A stretch of 64,000 bases of DNA from the human T2T-CHM13v2.0 reference genome, Homo sapiens, in assembly GCF_009914755.1 (NCBI RefSeq), contig NC_060937.1. The stretch is one strand, 5' to 3'. Position numbers and translations under genes: made by a program. Position 1 is the stretch's first letter; every line of letters begins with the position of its first letter. This document shows, one piece after another, positions 47,121-64,000 of the stretch. The notes beneath the pieces are model-generated. The model made no database searches. It was not told the origin of the DNA and worked only from the letters and a program-made list of their open reading frames with translations.

Positions 47121-47608
47121 ATCACATTTTATTGAGGTATAACATAGATGGTAAGTTGCACTAATCAAGTGTGTATCTTGATGATATTACACATAAGTAT
47201 ATATGCATGTAACCAACACCTCTGTCAATGTATTGGTGTATGACTGATCTCCGATTAATTGTTGTAAAGATATAAAATATCAAGATTAATGTTTTTCATA
47301 TAGCTATCAATGCTTCCTGTACCACTTACTGTGAAGAGCATAACTTCCCCAATGAATTGTAGAGGTGTGTTTATTGCAAATCAAGTGAACATATATGTAT
47401 AGGTTTGTTTCTCAGCTTTTTCTCCTTTTATTATGACTTAATGACTTGTCTATACTTAAGTCCAGACCACAGTTTTAAATATTATGGCTTTATAGTGAGT
47501 TTTGAAAACTTGTTTATAAGTCCCCCAACTTTGTACTTCTTTGTTTAAAAACTATCTTGGCTCTTCTAGATTTTTTGAATTTCCATATACATTTTAGAAT
47601 CTTCTTGG

Positions 47609-47613
<5 letters not shown>

Positions 47614-47648
<35 letters not shown>
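47614..47648. repeat. (CA)n microsatellite
   Basis: Direct inspection. Confidence 0.95.
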
Positions 47649-47650
<2 letters not shown>

Positions 47651-47811
47651 CCTGCTAGTATTTTGACTTGGGCATTCACTACATTGCTTAATTTAGGGAG
47701 AACTGACATGTAAAAATATTGAGATTTCCAACTCAAGAACATAATATATCTCTCTACTTATGTCTTCTTTGACTTCTTTTTGCAATGTTTGCAGTGTACA
47801 GGTTTTACACA

Positions 47812-48104
47812 TTTTTTTTTTTTTGAGACGGAGTCTTGTTCTGTCGCCCAGGCTTTAGTGCAGTGGCGCAATCTCCGCTCACTGCAAGCTCTGCCTCCTG
47901 AGTTTGCGCCATTCTCTTGCCTCAACCTCCAGAGTAGCTGGGACTACAGGCGCCTGCCACCACGCCCAGCTAATTTTTTTGTATTTTTAGTAGAGACGGG
48001 GTTTCATGTGTTAGCCAGGATGGTCTCGATCTCCTGACCTCATGATCCGCCCGCCTCAGCCTCCCAAAGTGCTGGGATTACAGGCGTGAGCCACCGCGCC
48101 CACC
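47812..48104 (-). mobile_element. Alu (Y-like)
   Basis: ctgcaagctctgcctcc..gttagccaggatggtctcgatc. Confidence 0.92.
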
Positions 48105-48244
48105 CTACACATCTTTTGTTAGTTTTATTTCTAGGCATTCGATAAGTTTTTATGCTGTTTTAAGTAATATTTGAATATCTTCATTTTCTGATTATTTGCT
48201 ATTGGTATATAGGAACATAATTAATTTTTGTATATTGACTTTAG

Positions 48245-49880
48245 TTTTGTTTTTAAATTTTAAGTTCTGGGAAACATGTGCTGAACGTGCAGGTTTGTTA
48301 CATAGGTATACGTGTGCCATGGTGGTTTGCAGCAGCTGTCAGCCCATCATCTAGGTTTTAAGTTGTGCATGCATTAGGTATTTGTCCTAATGCTCTCTTT
48401 CCCCTTTCCCCCAACCCCGACAGGCCTCTTTCCCCTCCCTGTGTCCATTCTCATTATTCAGCTCCCACTTATGAGTGAGAACATGCGGTATTTGGTTTTC
48501 TGTTCCTGTGTTAGTTTGCTGAGGATGATGGTTTCAGCTTCATCCATGTCCCTGCAAAGGGCATGAACTCATTCCTTTTTATGGCTGCACAGTATTCCAT
48601 GGTGTATATATGTGCCACATTTTCTTTATCCAGTCTATCATTGATGGGCATTTGGGTTGGTTCCGAGTCTTTGCTATTGTAAATAGTGCTGCAATGAACA
48701 TATGTGTGCATGTGTCTTAATAGTAGAATGATTTATAATCCTTTGGGTATATACCCAGTAATGGGATGGCTGGGTCAAATGGTATTTCTGGTTCTAGATC
48801 CTTGAGGAATCGCCACACTGTCTTCCACAATGGTTAAACTAATTTACACTCCTGCCAGCGTGTAAAAGTGTTGCTATTTCTCCACATCCTCTCCAGCATC
48901 TGTTGTTTCCAGACTTTTTAATAATCGCCATTCTAACTGACATGAGATGGTATCTCACTGTGGTTTTGATTTGCATTTCTCTAATGACCAGTAATGATGA
49001 GCTTTTTTTTGTATGTTTGTTGGCTGCATAAATGTCTTCTTTTGAGAAGTGTCTGTTCATGTCCTTCACCCACTTTTTGATGGGGTTGTTTTCTTCTTGT
49101 AATTTGTTTCAGTTATTTGTAGATTTTGGATATTAGCCCTTTGTCAGATGGGTAGATTGCAAAAATTTTCTCCCATTCTGTAGGTTGCCTGTTCACTCTG
49201 ATGATAGTTTCTTTTGCTGAGCAGCTCTTTAGTTGAATTAGATCCCATTTGTCAATTTTGGCTGTCGTTGCAATTGCTTTTGGTGTTTTAGCCATGAAGT
49301 CTTTGCCCATGCCTATGTCCTTCGTGGTATTGCCTACATTTTCTTCTAGGGTTTTTATAGTTTTAGGTTTTATGTTTACATCTTTAATCCATCTTGAGTT
49401 AGTTTTTGTATAAGGTGTAAGGAAGCGGTCCAGTTTCTGTTTTCTGCATATGGCTAGCCAGTTTCCCCAGCACCATTGATTAAATAGGGAATCCTTTCCC
49501 CATTGCTTGTTTTTGTCAGGTTTGTCGAAGATCAGATGGTTGTAGATGTGTAGTGTTATTTCTGAGGTCTCTGTTCTGTTCCATTGGTCTATATATCTGT
49601 TTTGGCACTAGTACCACGCTGTTTTGGTTACTGTAGCCTTGTAGTATAGTTTGAAGTCAGGTAGTGTGATGCCTCCAGCTTTGTTCTTTTTGTTTAGGAT
49701 TGTCTTGGCTATACGAGCTCTTTTTGGTTCCGTATGAAATTTAAAGTAGTTTTTTTTAGTTCTGTGACAAAAGTCAATGGTAGCTTGATGGGAATAGCAT
49801 TGAATCTATGAATTACTTTGGGCAGTATGGCCATTTTCACAATATTGATTCTTCCTATCCATGAGCATGGAATGTTTTTG
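48245..49880 (-). mobile_element. L1PA (L1PA7/8-like) 3' 1.6 kb
   Basis: ORF2 C-terminal peptides [25 protein letters not shown] and [16 protein letters not shown]. Confidence 0.9.
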
Positions 49881-50163
49881 TATTTGTTTGTTTGTTTTAG
49901 ACAGGGCCTTGCTCTGTCACCGCAGGCTGGAGTGCAGTGGCACCTGGGCTCATGCAATTCACCCACCTCTGTCTCCCGTGTAGCTGGGACTACAAGCAGG
50001 CACCACCACACTTGGCTAATTTTTTTAAAATTAATTTTTGTAGACAGGGAGTCTCACTGGTCTCACTGGCCCAGGCTGGTCTCAAACTCCTGGGTTCAAG
50101 CAGTCTTCCCACCTGAGCCTCCCAAAGTGCTGGTATTACAGGTGTGAGCCACCACACTTGGCC
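49880..50163 (-). mobile_element. Alu (J-type) whose tail received the adjacent L1PA
   Basis: Antisense AluJ; ttgtatatt(g/a)acttta at 48228-48243 and 50164-50179 brackets both the L1PA and the Alu. Confidence 0.8.
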
Positions 50164-50839
50164 TTGTATATTAACTTTATATCTAGCCTCCTTCATAAAT
50201 TCACACATTCATTTTAATAATTAATGTGTAGATTCCCTGGGATTTTATGTATACAATCATAAAGTTACTACTTTATTCCCAGTTTTTATACTTTTTTCTT
50301 TCCTTATTGAATTATCTAGGACTTTCACTGTAATACTGAATAGAAATGGTAAGAGGAGACAGCCTTGCCTTATTCCCAAACTCAGGTGGAAGGAATTTTA
50401 TACTTCACTATTTGAAATGATGTTTGCTATAGGCTTCTGTAGTCATTCTTTACCAGATTCAGACAATCCATTTTATTTCTAGTTTGCTAAAAGTTTTCAA
50501 TCATGAATTGCTGTTGAGTAGATTGGATATTTTTTCTGCATCTATCAAGGTAATCAAAATGTTTTTGTGTTTTTCCATTAATGAGATTTTCAAATGTTAA
50601 GCCGACCTTTTTTATTTTTGGAATAAAATCCCTTTGGTCTTAATGTATTATCGTTTTATATATCACTAGATTCTGTTTGCTAATATTTTATTTAGAACTT
50701 TTCATCTATGTGCATGAGTGATATGAAATTTTCTTTCCTTGAAATGTCTTTATCTGTTGGTCTACATTTACCTTAGCTTTGGTGTCTTGGATAACTCCTA
50801 TCTGCTAAACTCATCTTCATCCTCCATCAGGATGAATAT

Positions 50840-51060
50840 GATGGATATGTTTCAGGGTAATGGCAAAAGGAAAGAGCTAGAGTGGAATCTTACAAGTGCT
50901 TTTGCAAGGCTCTCCTTTGTGACATCCCATTGACCAAATCAACTCACATAATAGAGCCCAAATTTAGAGTGAAAGGGCACTACAAGGTGAAATGTGAGGG
51001 CCGGGATTCAGGAAAAGATGAAGAATTGGGACCACTGATGGAATCTTTCTACCTTATTCT
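50840..51060 (-). mobile_element. MLT1-type LTR fragment
   Basis: acatcccattgaccaaatcaactcacat..gagcccaaa..gatgaagaattgggaccact. Confidence 0.55.
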
Positions 51061-52425
51061 CAGGCAGGGAAGCATTTTTATACATGCAGATAGTTTACAA
51101 GAAATAACTAATATATAGTCAGAAACTCAAGGCTTCAGCAGTTGTATAAAAATGCATTTGTAAATACCCAAAGACCTTGAAGAGAAGGATCTGACCCACA
51201 TCTCACCCAGGTTATGCTACTCCCAGCTAAGACATGATTCGACCACACCCTTGGCCAATTTTGAAAATTGTTTCAAACTATTTATTTGAGGTGGAATTAC
51301 TTTTCTTCTCCCATAATGGGAACAGTCATGGAGCAATGTGACCAGGGTCCATTGGATGGGTCATACCACTTGAGGGCAGCGATCCCCAAATTCCCAATTC
51401 CATCTTTATGGGTAAAGCATCTCTTGATTGCTAATATTGTTTTTTAAAGCTGGTTGAGCTAATAACTGTGAGTTAATTATGGCATGTCTAAACTGAGCCA
51501 ATTTTCTTTTAGTAGTTTTGGTGGTGCCTAATATCAGTTTGGGAAGACTTAATATTAGCTGGGGTGTTTTTGACAGCCAAAAACCTCACTTAGCATATAA
51601 AGACATTACTATTTCCTTGTGGGGTGATGGCTAGACTATTGATTTCTATCCGTTATTAAACTGTTATCTCCTTAGGGCATTGACAAAAGTACTAATAAGT
51701 CACTGATTTCTTTACCATTTTTAATCAGAGTATCCAAAAAGGAGGTGATAAATCATGTGTTTTAATAAATGCCACAAATCATGAGCCACCCAAAAAGTAA
51801 ATCTACTGTCCATATTAATATTTAGTCTTTCATCTTTGCCAGAGCGCAGCCCCAAATCTAAGCTACTAGTTCAGCTACCTGGACAGGCCGAGAATTAGGC
51901 CATGGAGCACTTCAGTCATTGCATGTTCAATGACAACAGCATATTCTGCACTTGGAGTGCCTTTGTCATTTTTGAGAACCATCCACGATGTATATTAAAT
52001 CAAGGTTGACTCAAAGGTACATGATTCAAATCCGGGTATACTTAACTTCTGAGAGGATGCTAAACAGTCATGTGATTCCTCTTTATTCTTATAAGAGAAT
52101 AAATTTGCAGGGTTACATTTTGAACAACACTGAATATGCAAAGCAGACCTTACAATTTCCTAAGTGGTAAATTTACTAGTGGAGAAATGTCAGATGCTGC
52201 CTTGAAGTAGCAAAAACTTTAGAGATGTTGGACCCATAGAGTTAGTGGACAAACAAGCACTGTGGTGGAAGCATCAAGAAGTTTGGCCACTGCTACCACC
52301 TCATGCAGGTACAGAGGGTGTACCTTTGCTTCCAAATCAAGGAATGTACTAAGATAGGCAGAGAGAAGAGTTGAGCAGATTTAGGAAAACCGAAGGTGGA
52401 GGTTGTTGCAAGAAGGCTTTCACAG

Positions 52426-52650
52426 GAAGGGGAATATCACACTCTGGGGACTGTGGTGGGGTGGGGGGAGGGGGGAGGGATAGCACTGGGAGATATACCT
52501 AATGCTAGATGACGAGTTAGTGGGTGTAGCGCACCAGCATGGCACATGTATACATATGTAACTAACCTGCACAATGTGCACATGTACCCTAAAACTTAAA
52601 GTATAATAAAAAAAAAAAAAAAGAAATACGGAAAATAAGAAAAAAAAGAA
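52426..52650 (+). mobile_element. Young L1 (L1PA2-like) 3' end, about 0.2 kb
   Basis: L1 3'UTR plus A-tail; 16-bp TSD aagaaggctttcacag at 52410-52425 and 52651-52666. Confidence 0.93.
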
Positions 52651-53029
52651 AAGAAGGCTTTCACAGAGTAGCATTTTCTACTTTTGCATCACAAGGAAGT
52701 TGCATCAGAAAGTATAAACTTAGTAAGCCCATGCAAAGGCTGAGCTATGAGAAAAATCAGATATACAATTACCTACAGTCCTAAAATCTTCTTAGCCATC
52801 TTTTGATTTCTGTTCTTGGTAGAATTGAATGCTCTTTATTCTGGTTGAAAACAGAAACTGTCTATCTGGTGACAGCTTGTGACCAGAAAAATGTAGATTC
52901 TTGGCAGAGTTCACCTTTTCTCTAGATTCTTTATGTCCCTTTTCACCTACTTTGAATAAGAGGTATTTGGATCCTTTAGTAAACTACTTAGATCAGGAAA
53001 CACAGCAGTAAATCATCAATATATTGAGT

Positions 53030-53112
53030 CTCTCTCTCTCTCTATATAATTATAAAAAGTATATATACACATATAATTATAAAAAGTATATATAAACATA
53101 TATAATTATAAA

Positions 53113-53163
<51 letters not shown>

Positions 53164-53165
53164 AT
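53030..53165. repeat. Compound (CT)/(TA)/(CA) microsatellite with three copies of tataattataaaaagta
   Basis: Direct inspection. Confidence 0.85.
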
Positions 53166-53219
53166 TTTTTAGACATTGAGAGAACTAGGAAGGGGATTCA
53201 GAGAATCCCTAAAGTTTAA

Positions 53220-53576
<357 letters not shown>

Positions 53577-55355
53577 AACTGTTTTCCTATATATGTACGC
53601 TAGAGAAGCCTGCACATAAATTACTGCAGTGAGATATTTACTGGTTGAGAGAATGAAGAACAGGACAGTATTCTAATGGTTGCATGATATTTCATTAGTG
53701 CTATGATGAACCTCTAATGTTGGACATGTAAGTGTCACTATTATCAATAATACAACAACAAATATCTTTGGGTGTAAGGCTTTTTCTGTACAGATTGTTA
53801 GGAGTGAAATTACCTAGTTGAAGAGAATGAATATTTTTAGGGTTCTTAATATATATTGCCAAATCCAAGAGCAATTGTATTACTGTATCAAAATAAATCA
53901 AAGTTTTTAATGTCATGCCTTATTTTGCCAGCATTGGATTTTCTCATTAAAAGGAAAAGGGCTAATTTCATGGGCGCAAATGTCATGTCACTGTTGTTTT
54001 GACTTCTTTATTGGCGACACTGAATATTATGTAGGTTGTTAATCAGTTTGATTTTCTCTTTTATGGATTGTTTATGTCCTTGGCCCATTTATCTATAAGA
54101 TGAGGGAGTAATATTTAAGTTGTTGTTAATGAATTATTAATTTATTATCCTAGGCATAGTCCCCAACAGTGCATTTTTCTGAAAAAATATTTTCCCCTGT
54201 TGTTCATTATAGCATTTTTCAACAGAAATTTCAGAATTTTATGAAGTTAAACCTAAGGCTATAGATCTTCCATTGATTCAACACTTTTAGTTCTTCCTCA
54301 TTCAAAGAATTAAAATTCACTTAAATTTCTCATAGATGTTTGTAGTTTTTAATATGTGTTTTCTAAATGTATATGGATTTTAGGTAAGAAATTTCATGAA
54401 TTCTAAAGTATATGAAATGTTTTATCCTTCCTCTCTGCCACTATGCAGATTCGGAGTGTTCATCTTTTTGACGTATTATTTCCTCCTAACATAGATAACC
54501 AATTTAATAAATGGATGACTTTGATACCTTAATGTTAGTGTTCTCCATATTAAGCCAGTAAACATTGTTCTGACAGTACCATACTAATCAGTTTTTGAAA
54601 TTGTGTCATTTTTGTTGTTGCACAGAGATATATACATATGTGTGTATGTTTCAGAAAGAGATATTTCCTGAAAAAATTGTTGGATTTGTATAGTGATATT
54701 AATTATATTTCAGATAATTACTATTTTTCATTGAAAAGGTATATATATATATACACACACACACACTTACCAGTATATATATATCTTCATTAAAAAATTA
54801 GGAGAACGGGTGAGCCAAAAAAGTTTCCATATTGTTACGAGTTATTTATAAATTGATATAATATGTTTATCTTTTTCTGTCATGCATACACACACAATCA
54901 TAGTGTATACTTTTTGCATTTATTTGTTTACATAGTGCTTAGGTAGAATGTAATATTCAAATCACTATCTAAAAGACATACCTAATCAGAATTAAATTTA
55001 AATAAGAAGCAATATGAATTAGATTTAAATAAGAACCACATTAACTGTGAATTATGATTTGGAACAAATTTACTTAAAGTTAGTTAACCATCTAATTTAC
55101 TTTTCTGATAGCTTTAAACAGTGTGTATTTACAATAGAGGCTAATCTGAGTAGTCAAACACACTTTGTGGACTATTTGAAAAACCACAGTGGATTAGAAC
55201 TTGAAATTGGCATACGCTTGTATTCCCTGAGTCTCCCCTAGAAGATGCTAGTGAGAGACAAAGTAATAGAAAGTAATAACCATTTTAGGTTCCTCGTGGA
55301 AATGGCTTATGTTGGTGCCATGTAACTATGGAAAATACGTGTTTCTCTTTTTTAG

Positions 55356-55416
55356 GAAGTCGTACAGTTTCTAGACAAGAAACATCCAAACCACTATCGA
55401 GTCTACAATCTATGCA
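55356..55416 (+). pseudogene. TPTE2: TPTE2-like PTP exon [20 protein letters not shown]
   Basis: ttttag|GAA GTC GTA CAG ... TGC A|gtgtgt; 61 nt; weak donor. Confidence 0.93.
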
Positions 55417-55663
55417 GTGTGTACCTTACTCTGTATTTTGCTACTGTAGATAGAAAACAGATTACTGAATGTAAGAAGATGATTTTGTTTTTTACATTGC
55501 ATTTAATCATAAGTATTTGGTGGTGGTGAGGAAGGAATTTAAAAATCCCCGTCTTGGACTGGCCCCATTTGGTAGAAGGAGTTAGCCCAGGAGCACAAAG
55601 TACCCTATGAAGGAGGCAGCTCTGGCAGGACCAATGAGGCTAGAGTGAAGGCAAACCATTTTA

Positions 55664-59624
<3,961 letters not shown>

Positions 59625-59925
59625 GCGATCTCTTGCGTGGTTTCTAACTACCCTGCAATAATATAATGATAGTCTGCTAGAAAGTTAAAAATTACACCTA
59701 TTAAACAAAAGTAAGTTGAGTTTAGGTGACATGAGATGGATAATCTGCTCATATGCTTATGTTTTTGAGATTCTTAAGTTTATTTTAGAGCAGCAGAAGC
59801 AACTTGGAAAGCTCCTTTTGAAGATGGATAGGGAATTTCTAATAAGATATTTTATGTTGCTCATAACTTCATCATTTACTATGTTATTATATATAGAGAT
59901 ATGACATACATATTATTTATTTTAG

Positions 59926-60007
59926 GTGAAAGAGCTTATGATCCTAAGCACTTCCATAATAGGGTCAGTAGAATCATGATCGATGATCATAATGTCCCCA
60001 CTCTACG
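59926..60007 (+). pseudogene. TPTE2: TPTE2-like PTP exon [27 protein letters not shown]
   Basis: ttttag|GT GAA AGA GCT ... CTA CG|gtaagt; 82 nt; contains the DDHNVP loop. Confidence 0.95.
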
Positions 60008-60110
60008 GTAAGTTTTATGCTAAGTTGACTATGAGAAGGGGGCTAAATCTATTGGGCTTGATTTTTTGAAAATATTTTAACTCAACTAAAAATCCTAACC
60101 TTGAAATCAG

Positions 60111-60199
60111 GGAGATGGTAGCATTCTCCAAGGAAGTGTTGGAGTGGATGGCTCAAGATTCTGAAAACATCGTAGTGATTCACTGTAAAGGAGGCAAAG
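60111..60199 (+). pseudogene. TPTE2: TPTE2-like catalytic exon EMVAFSKEVLEWMAQDSENIVVIHCKGGKG
   Basis: aatcag|G GAG ATG ... GGC AAA G|gtaata; 89 nt; HCKGGKG P-loop of the active TPTE2/VSP type. Confidence 0.95.
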
Positions 60200-60559
60200 G
60201 TAATAACGTTTTCCTTTTTATTCCTCCCATTCTAAAGACGTGTAAGGATATGTAAAGCACAAGAACAAGATACCTGTTGCTATTAATAAGTATTAGTAAT
60301 TGTTAGCATTTAAAAGTATTAGCTGTAAGACTGAAAGAAGGGAAGGAGAAAGGAAAGAGGAGAGGAGGAAGAGTAGGAGATAGGGAGAGGATAAGGAAGG
60401 GAAGAAAGTAGGGAAAAAGAACTAAGGAGGGTTGAGCATATTTTCTCTTGTTTTTCTATTTGGATATCTTTATTTTTGGTTTGCCAGTTTATATCTCTCA
60501 AAATACAAAGTCTTTAATTTTGGAGTGTCAGAGTAGTTTTATTTAAGGCTGCTCTTTTT

Positions 60560-62030
60560 TATTTTTAAATTAACAAATAAAAATCAGTATATTCATGGTA
60601 TACCACATGATGTTTTGATATATGTAAACATTGTAAAATGGCTAAATCAACCTAATTAACATATGCATTACTCCACATACTTTTTACTTTTTTGTGGTGA
60701 GAACATTTAAATTGTACTCTCTCAGTAATTTTCAAATCTATATTATTATTAACTGTGGTCACCATGTTGTGCAATAAATTTCCTGAACTTATTCCTGTCT
60801 AACTGAAATTTTGCATCCTTTAACTGACATCTCCACAATCCCTCCTTTTTGTTCCCCCCAGCCCCTGGTAACCACCATTCTACTCTCTGCTTCTATGAAT
60901 TTGACATTTTTAGAGTCCACAAAGAAGTGAGACATCCAATATTTGTCTTTCTATGCCTGGCTCCTTTCACTTAGCATAACGTTCTCCAGGCTTATCCTTG
61001 TTATCTCAAGGGACAGGATATCCTCTAACGCCGAACAGTGTGTTCTTATTTATATATACCAGGTATTCTTTATCTGTTCTTCCATTGATGACATTTAGAT
61101 TGACTCCATAGCTTGGCTATTATGAATAATGCTGCAGTGAACATGGGAGTGCAGATTTCATTTTCTTTGGACATATACCCAGAAGTGGAATCTCCAAATC
61201 ATATGGTAGTTCTATTTTTTTATTTTTAGTTTTTTGAGGTGTCCCTATGCTGTTTTCCATAATAACTACTAATTTACACTCACACCAACAGTGTACAAGA
61301 GGGTTCTCTTTTCTCTACATCCTCACCAACTCTTCTTTTGTCTTTTTGTTAATCACCATCCTAACAGGTATGAGGATATCTCTTTGTGATTTTAATTTGG
61401 TTTTCCTGATGATTAATGATGTTGAGCATTTTTTCATATACCTCTTGGCCATTCATATGTCTTCTTTTGAGATATATCTTTTCAGGTTCTTTGCCCATTT
61501 TTTAGAGAAGTAACTTGTTCTCTTGTTATTGTGTTGTTTGAGTTCCTTTAAAAAAAAAATTAACCTGTTCTTGAATATATGCTTTGCAGGTATTTTTCTC
61601 CCATTCTGTAGGTGGTCTCTTTATAATTGTTTCCTTTGCTGTGCAAAAGCTTTTCAGTTTGATACAATGTCATTTGTCTATTTTTTCTTTTGTTGCCTGT
61701 GCTTTTCAGTCATATCCAAAAAATCTTGGCCCAGACCAGTGTCAAGAAGCTTTTCCCCTGTGTTTTCTTCTAGTAGTTTTCCAGTTTCAGGTTTCACAGT
61801 TAAATCTTTACTTTGAGTTGATTTTTGTACACTGGGTGAGATAGGGTGCAGTTTCATTCTTCTGCAAGTGGATGTCCAGTTTCCCCAGTATTGTTTATTG
61901 AAGAGACTGTCCTTTCCTCATCGTGGATTCTTGGCACCTTTGTTGAAGATCAGCTGAAAAATGCACGGATTTATTCTGGGCTTTCTATTCTGTTCCATTG
62001 ATCTATATGTCTGTTTTTGTTCCAGTAATA
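60560..62030 (-). mobile_element. Old L1MA/MB-type 3' end
   Basis: cccagcccctggtaaccaccattctactctctgcttctatgaatttgac; gtgcaaaagcttttcagtttgat. Confidence 0.85.
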
Positions 62031-62999
62031 TTTAAGGTTGTTCTTAAACTTGGTGAGAATCTTTTAGATTAAGGGAGCCAACACAGAGATGCTATTTCAA
62101 AAATTATACTGGACTTATGATAGTGTAATGATACAAAGAAGTTTATATTGGTGGGGTTAAAATGGGGGGAAAAGCCACTTGTAAATCCAATCAATTTAAG
62201 TTCAGTTAGATTTTCTCTCATTCAGGTTTAGGCTTTGAATAATCATCTAAGTATATTTCACAATTTTTGATAAACATAAAGAATTACCTTCTTAGAGGGC
62301 TGTAAAACCATTTTTATATCAAATTCCAGGAAAACATAACACTGTAAACTGACTTATATAATTCAATAAAATGAAGTTTTAGTTTTATTGAGAACTAGTT
62401 TCAAGCCCATTAGTTAATATACAGGTTCAGTGTTTAGCTCTACAGGTTTGAATATTCTGTATAAAGTGGCAATTTACAATACCATAGTTAAATTAAGAAT
62501 ATAGAAGTTGAATCATTTGAAGTTCCCAGTTTTTTAACCATCTTTTGGTTTAAAAATGGCCATTTCACATTGCCTAACCTAACATGTTATTTTTCAAGCA
62601 GTAGCATCAGTTTTCTATTAACTGATACTAATTCCTTGCTTGAAGGATTTCAAATTTGACTTTTTTCTAAAAACTTTTGCTGAGAGGGGGTTTGCATAAT
62701 TCTGGGTTCACATAATATTTTGTTGATTTTTTTAGGTTGTTTAGAGAATATTCAGCTGGTATGCACCAGAGAAGCCTCTTTTTAAAAATGTTCATTCATA
62801 TTAATCTTGCTGTCTTCTGATTGGTTGCTGCCTGCAGGTTATCAGTAGTATCATGAGAGTAGAAATATTTTATTATTGATTTATAGGAGTTCTTTAAAGA
62901 ATCTAAATGCCAATTTTTCTTAGTATTGCAAGTATATTCTCCCACTGTGTTGTCTTTTAAATTTGATTGTGATTTATTTTGTTGTATAAAAGCTTGTAA

Positions 63000-63297
63000 A
63001 TTTGTGTTTTGTTTTGAGACACAGTCTCGTTCTGTCACCCAGGCTGGAGTACAATGGCTCAATCTCAGCTCATTGCAGCCTCAACCTCCCTGTACTCAAG
63101 TGATCTTCCCGCCTCAGCCCCTCTGAGTAGGTGGGATTACAGGCACGCGCCACCACGCCGGGGTAATTTTTGTATTTTTTGTAGAGACAGGGTCTCCCTA
63201 TGTTGCCCAGACTGGTCTTGAACTCCTGGACTCAAATATTCCACTCGCCTCAGCTTCCCAAAGTGCTGGGATTATAGGCATGAGCCATTGTGCCAGC
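63000..63297 (-). mobile_element. Alu (J-type)
   Basis: Antisense Alu with ctcattgcagcctcaacctccc..gagacagggtctccctatgttgccc. Confidence 0.88.
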
Positions 63298-64000
63298 AAG
63301 AAGTTTGTAATTTTGAATGTGGTAAAATGTGTTAATCGATGTGTTTGTATTTCATGCTTTTCTGTCACGTTTAAGAAATTCACCCCTATACTGAGGTAGT
63401 AAAGATATTCTACATTTCTTCAAAAATCTTCAAGTTGCATTTTTAATATTTGGGTCTTAAATCTAATTGAAATTTGGGGGAGGTTTTTTTTTCATATGGA
63501 TAGCCAACGGTCCTAACAGCATCAATTGCATGCTATTTTGTTCTCCATTTATTTGTGATTCCTCTCAATCATATACCAAGTTTCTAGAAATATTCAAAAT
63601 TGTTTCTAAGTTCTCTATATCACACTTTTGTAATTATTGTAGCCTTATATTGTAGTTTGATAAAGGCAGAATTGTCTTGCTCTTCTTGGAACGTTATTCT
63701 TTCATTAAATTTTAAAATCATTTTGTCAAGTTCCATTATAAAACACGCTTAGGATTTTCATTGGAACTACATTGAATTTATAGATTCACTCGAGAGAACT
63801 GACAGCTTTGTGATAATAAGTTATACATGTGATTGATCTTGTTCATTCTTTAATTAAATATTTTATATTTTCTTCATCATGTCTTTGCACATCTTTTCAC
63901 AAATTCATTCCTACACAAATTGTGACTGCAAGTGGAATCTCTTTTTTTTTTTTCTGTTACATTTGGGTTGTTTCCAGTTTTTACTATGATAAATAATGCT

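Larger units (their letters stand above)
47120..50750 (-). mobile_element. Ancient L1M antisense fragment hosting nested Alu and L1PA insertions
   Basis: ttccatatacattttagaat..; ggactttcactgtaatactgaatagaaatggtaagaggagacagccttgcctt. Confidence 0.7.

Noticed and set aside
51243-51259. CCACACCC next to a CCAAT motif
   Set aside because: Short motifs expected by chance in 64 kb; no CpG island or other promoter evidence.

Overview
Primate (hominid-type) genomic DNA, mostly interspersed repeats: L1 of several ages, about 20 Alus, Tigger1, MER11 LTR, MLT1, MER5A, MER20 and a U2 fragment. On the + strand lies an unprocessed, intron-containing copy of the TPTE/TPTE2 (TPIP) voltage-sensing phosphoinositide phosphatase gene. 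I can read 12 clearly homologous exons (10793 to 60199) plus two candidate exons, all with GT-AG sites and matching phases, from N-terminal 54-nt repeat exons through S1-S4 to the catalytic HCKGGKG motif; the gene continues past the window. The only coding lesion seen is one CGA>TGA stop (39338-39340) in the sensor-phosphatase linker, so this is probably a TPTE2P-type pseudogene; I cannot tell which paralog or species. The most interesting hypothesis is a split gene. Upstream, an open 223-aa ORF with a Kozak ATG would encode only the voltage sensor, with extra S4 arginines. Downstream, an antisense L1PA3-like 5'UTR has both ORF0 splice donors in frame with the phosphatase exons. Neither product is shown to be expressed. 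Most ORF-track entries are Alu/L1 artefacts. Repeat boundaries are approximate and subfamily calls are from memory of consensus sequences.
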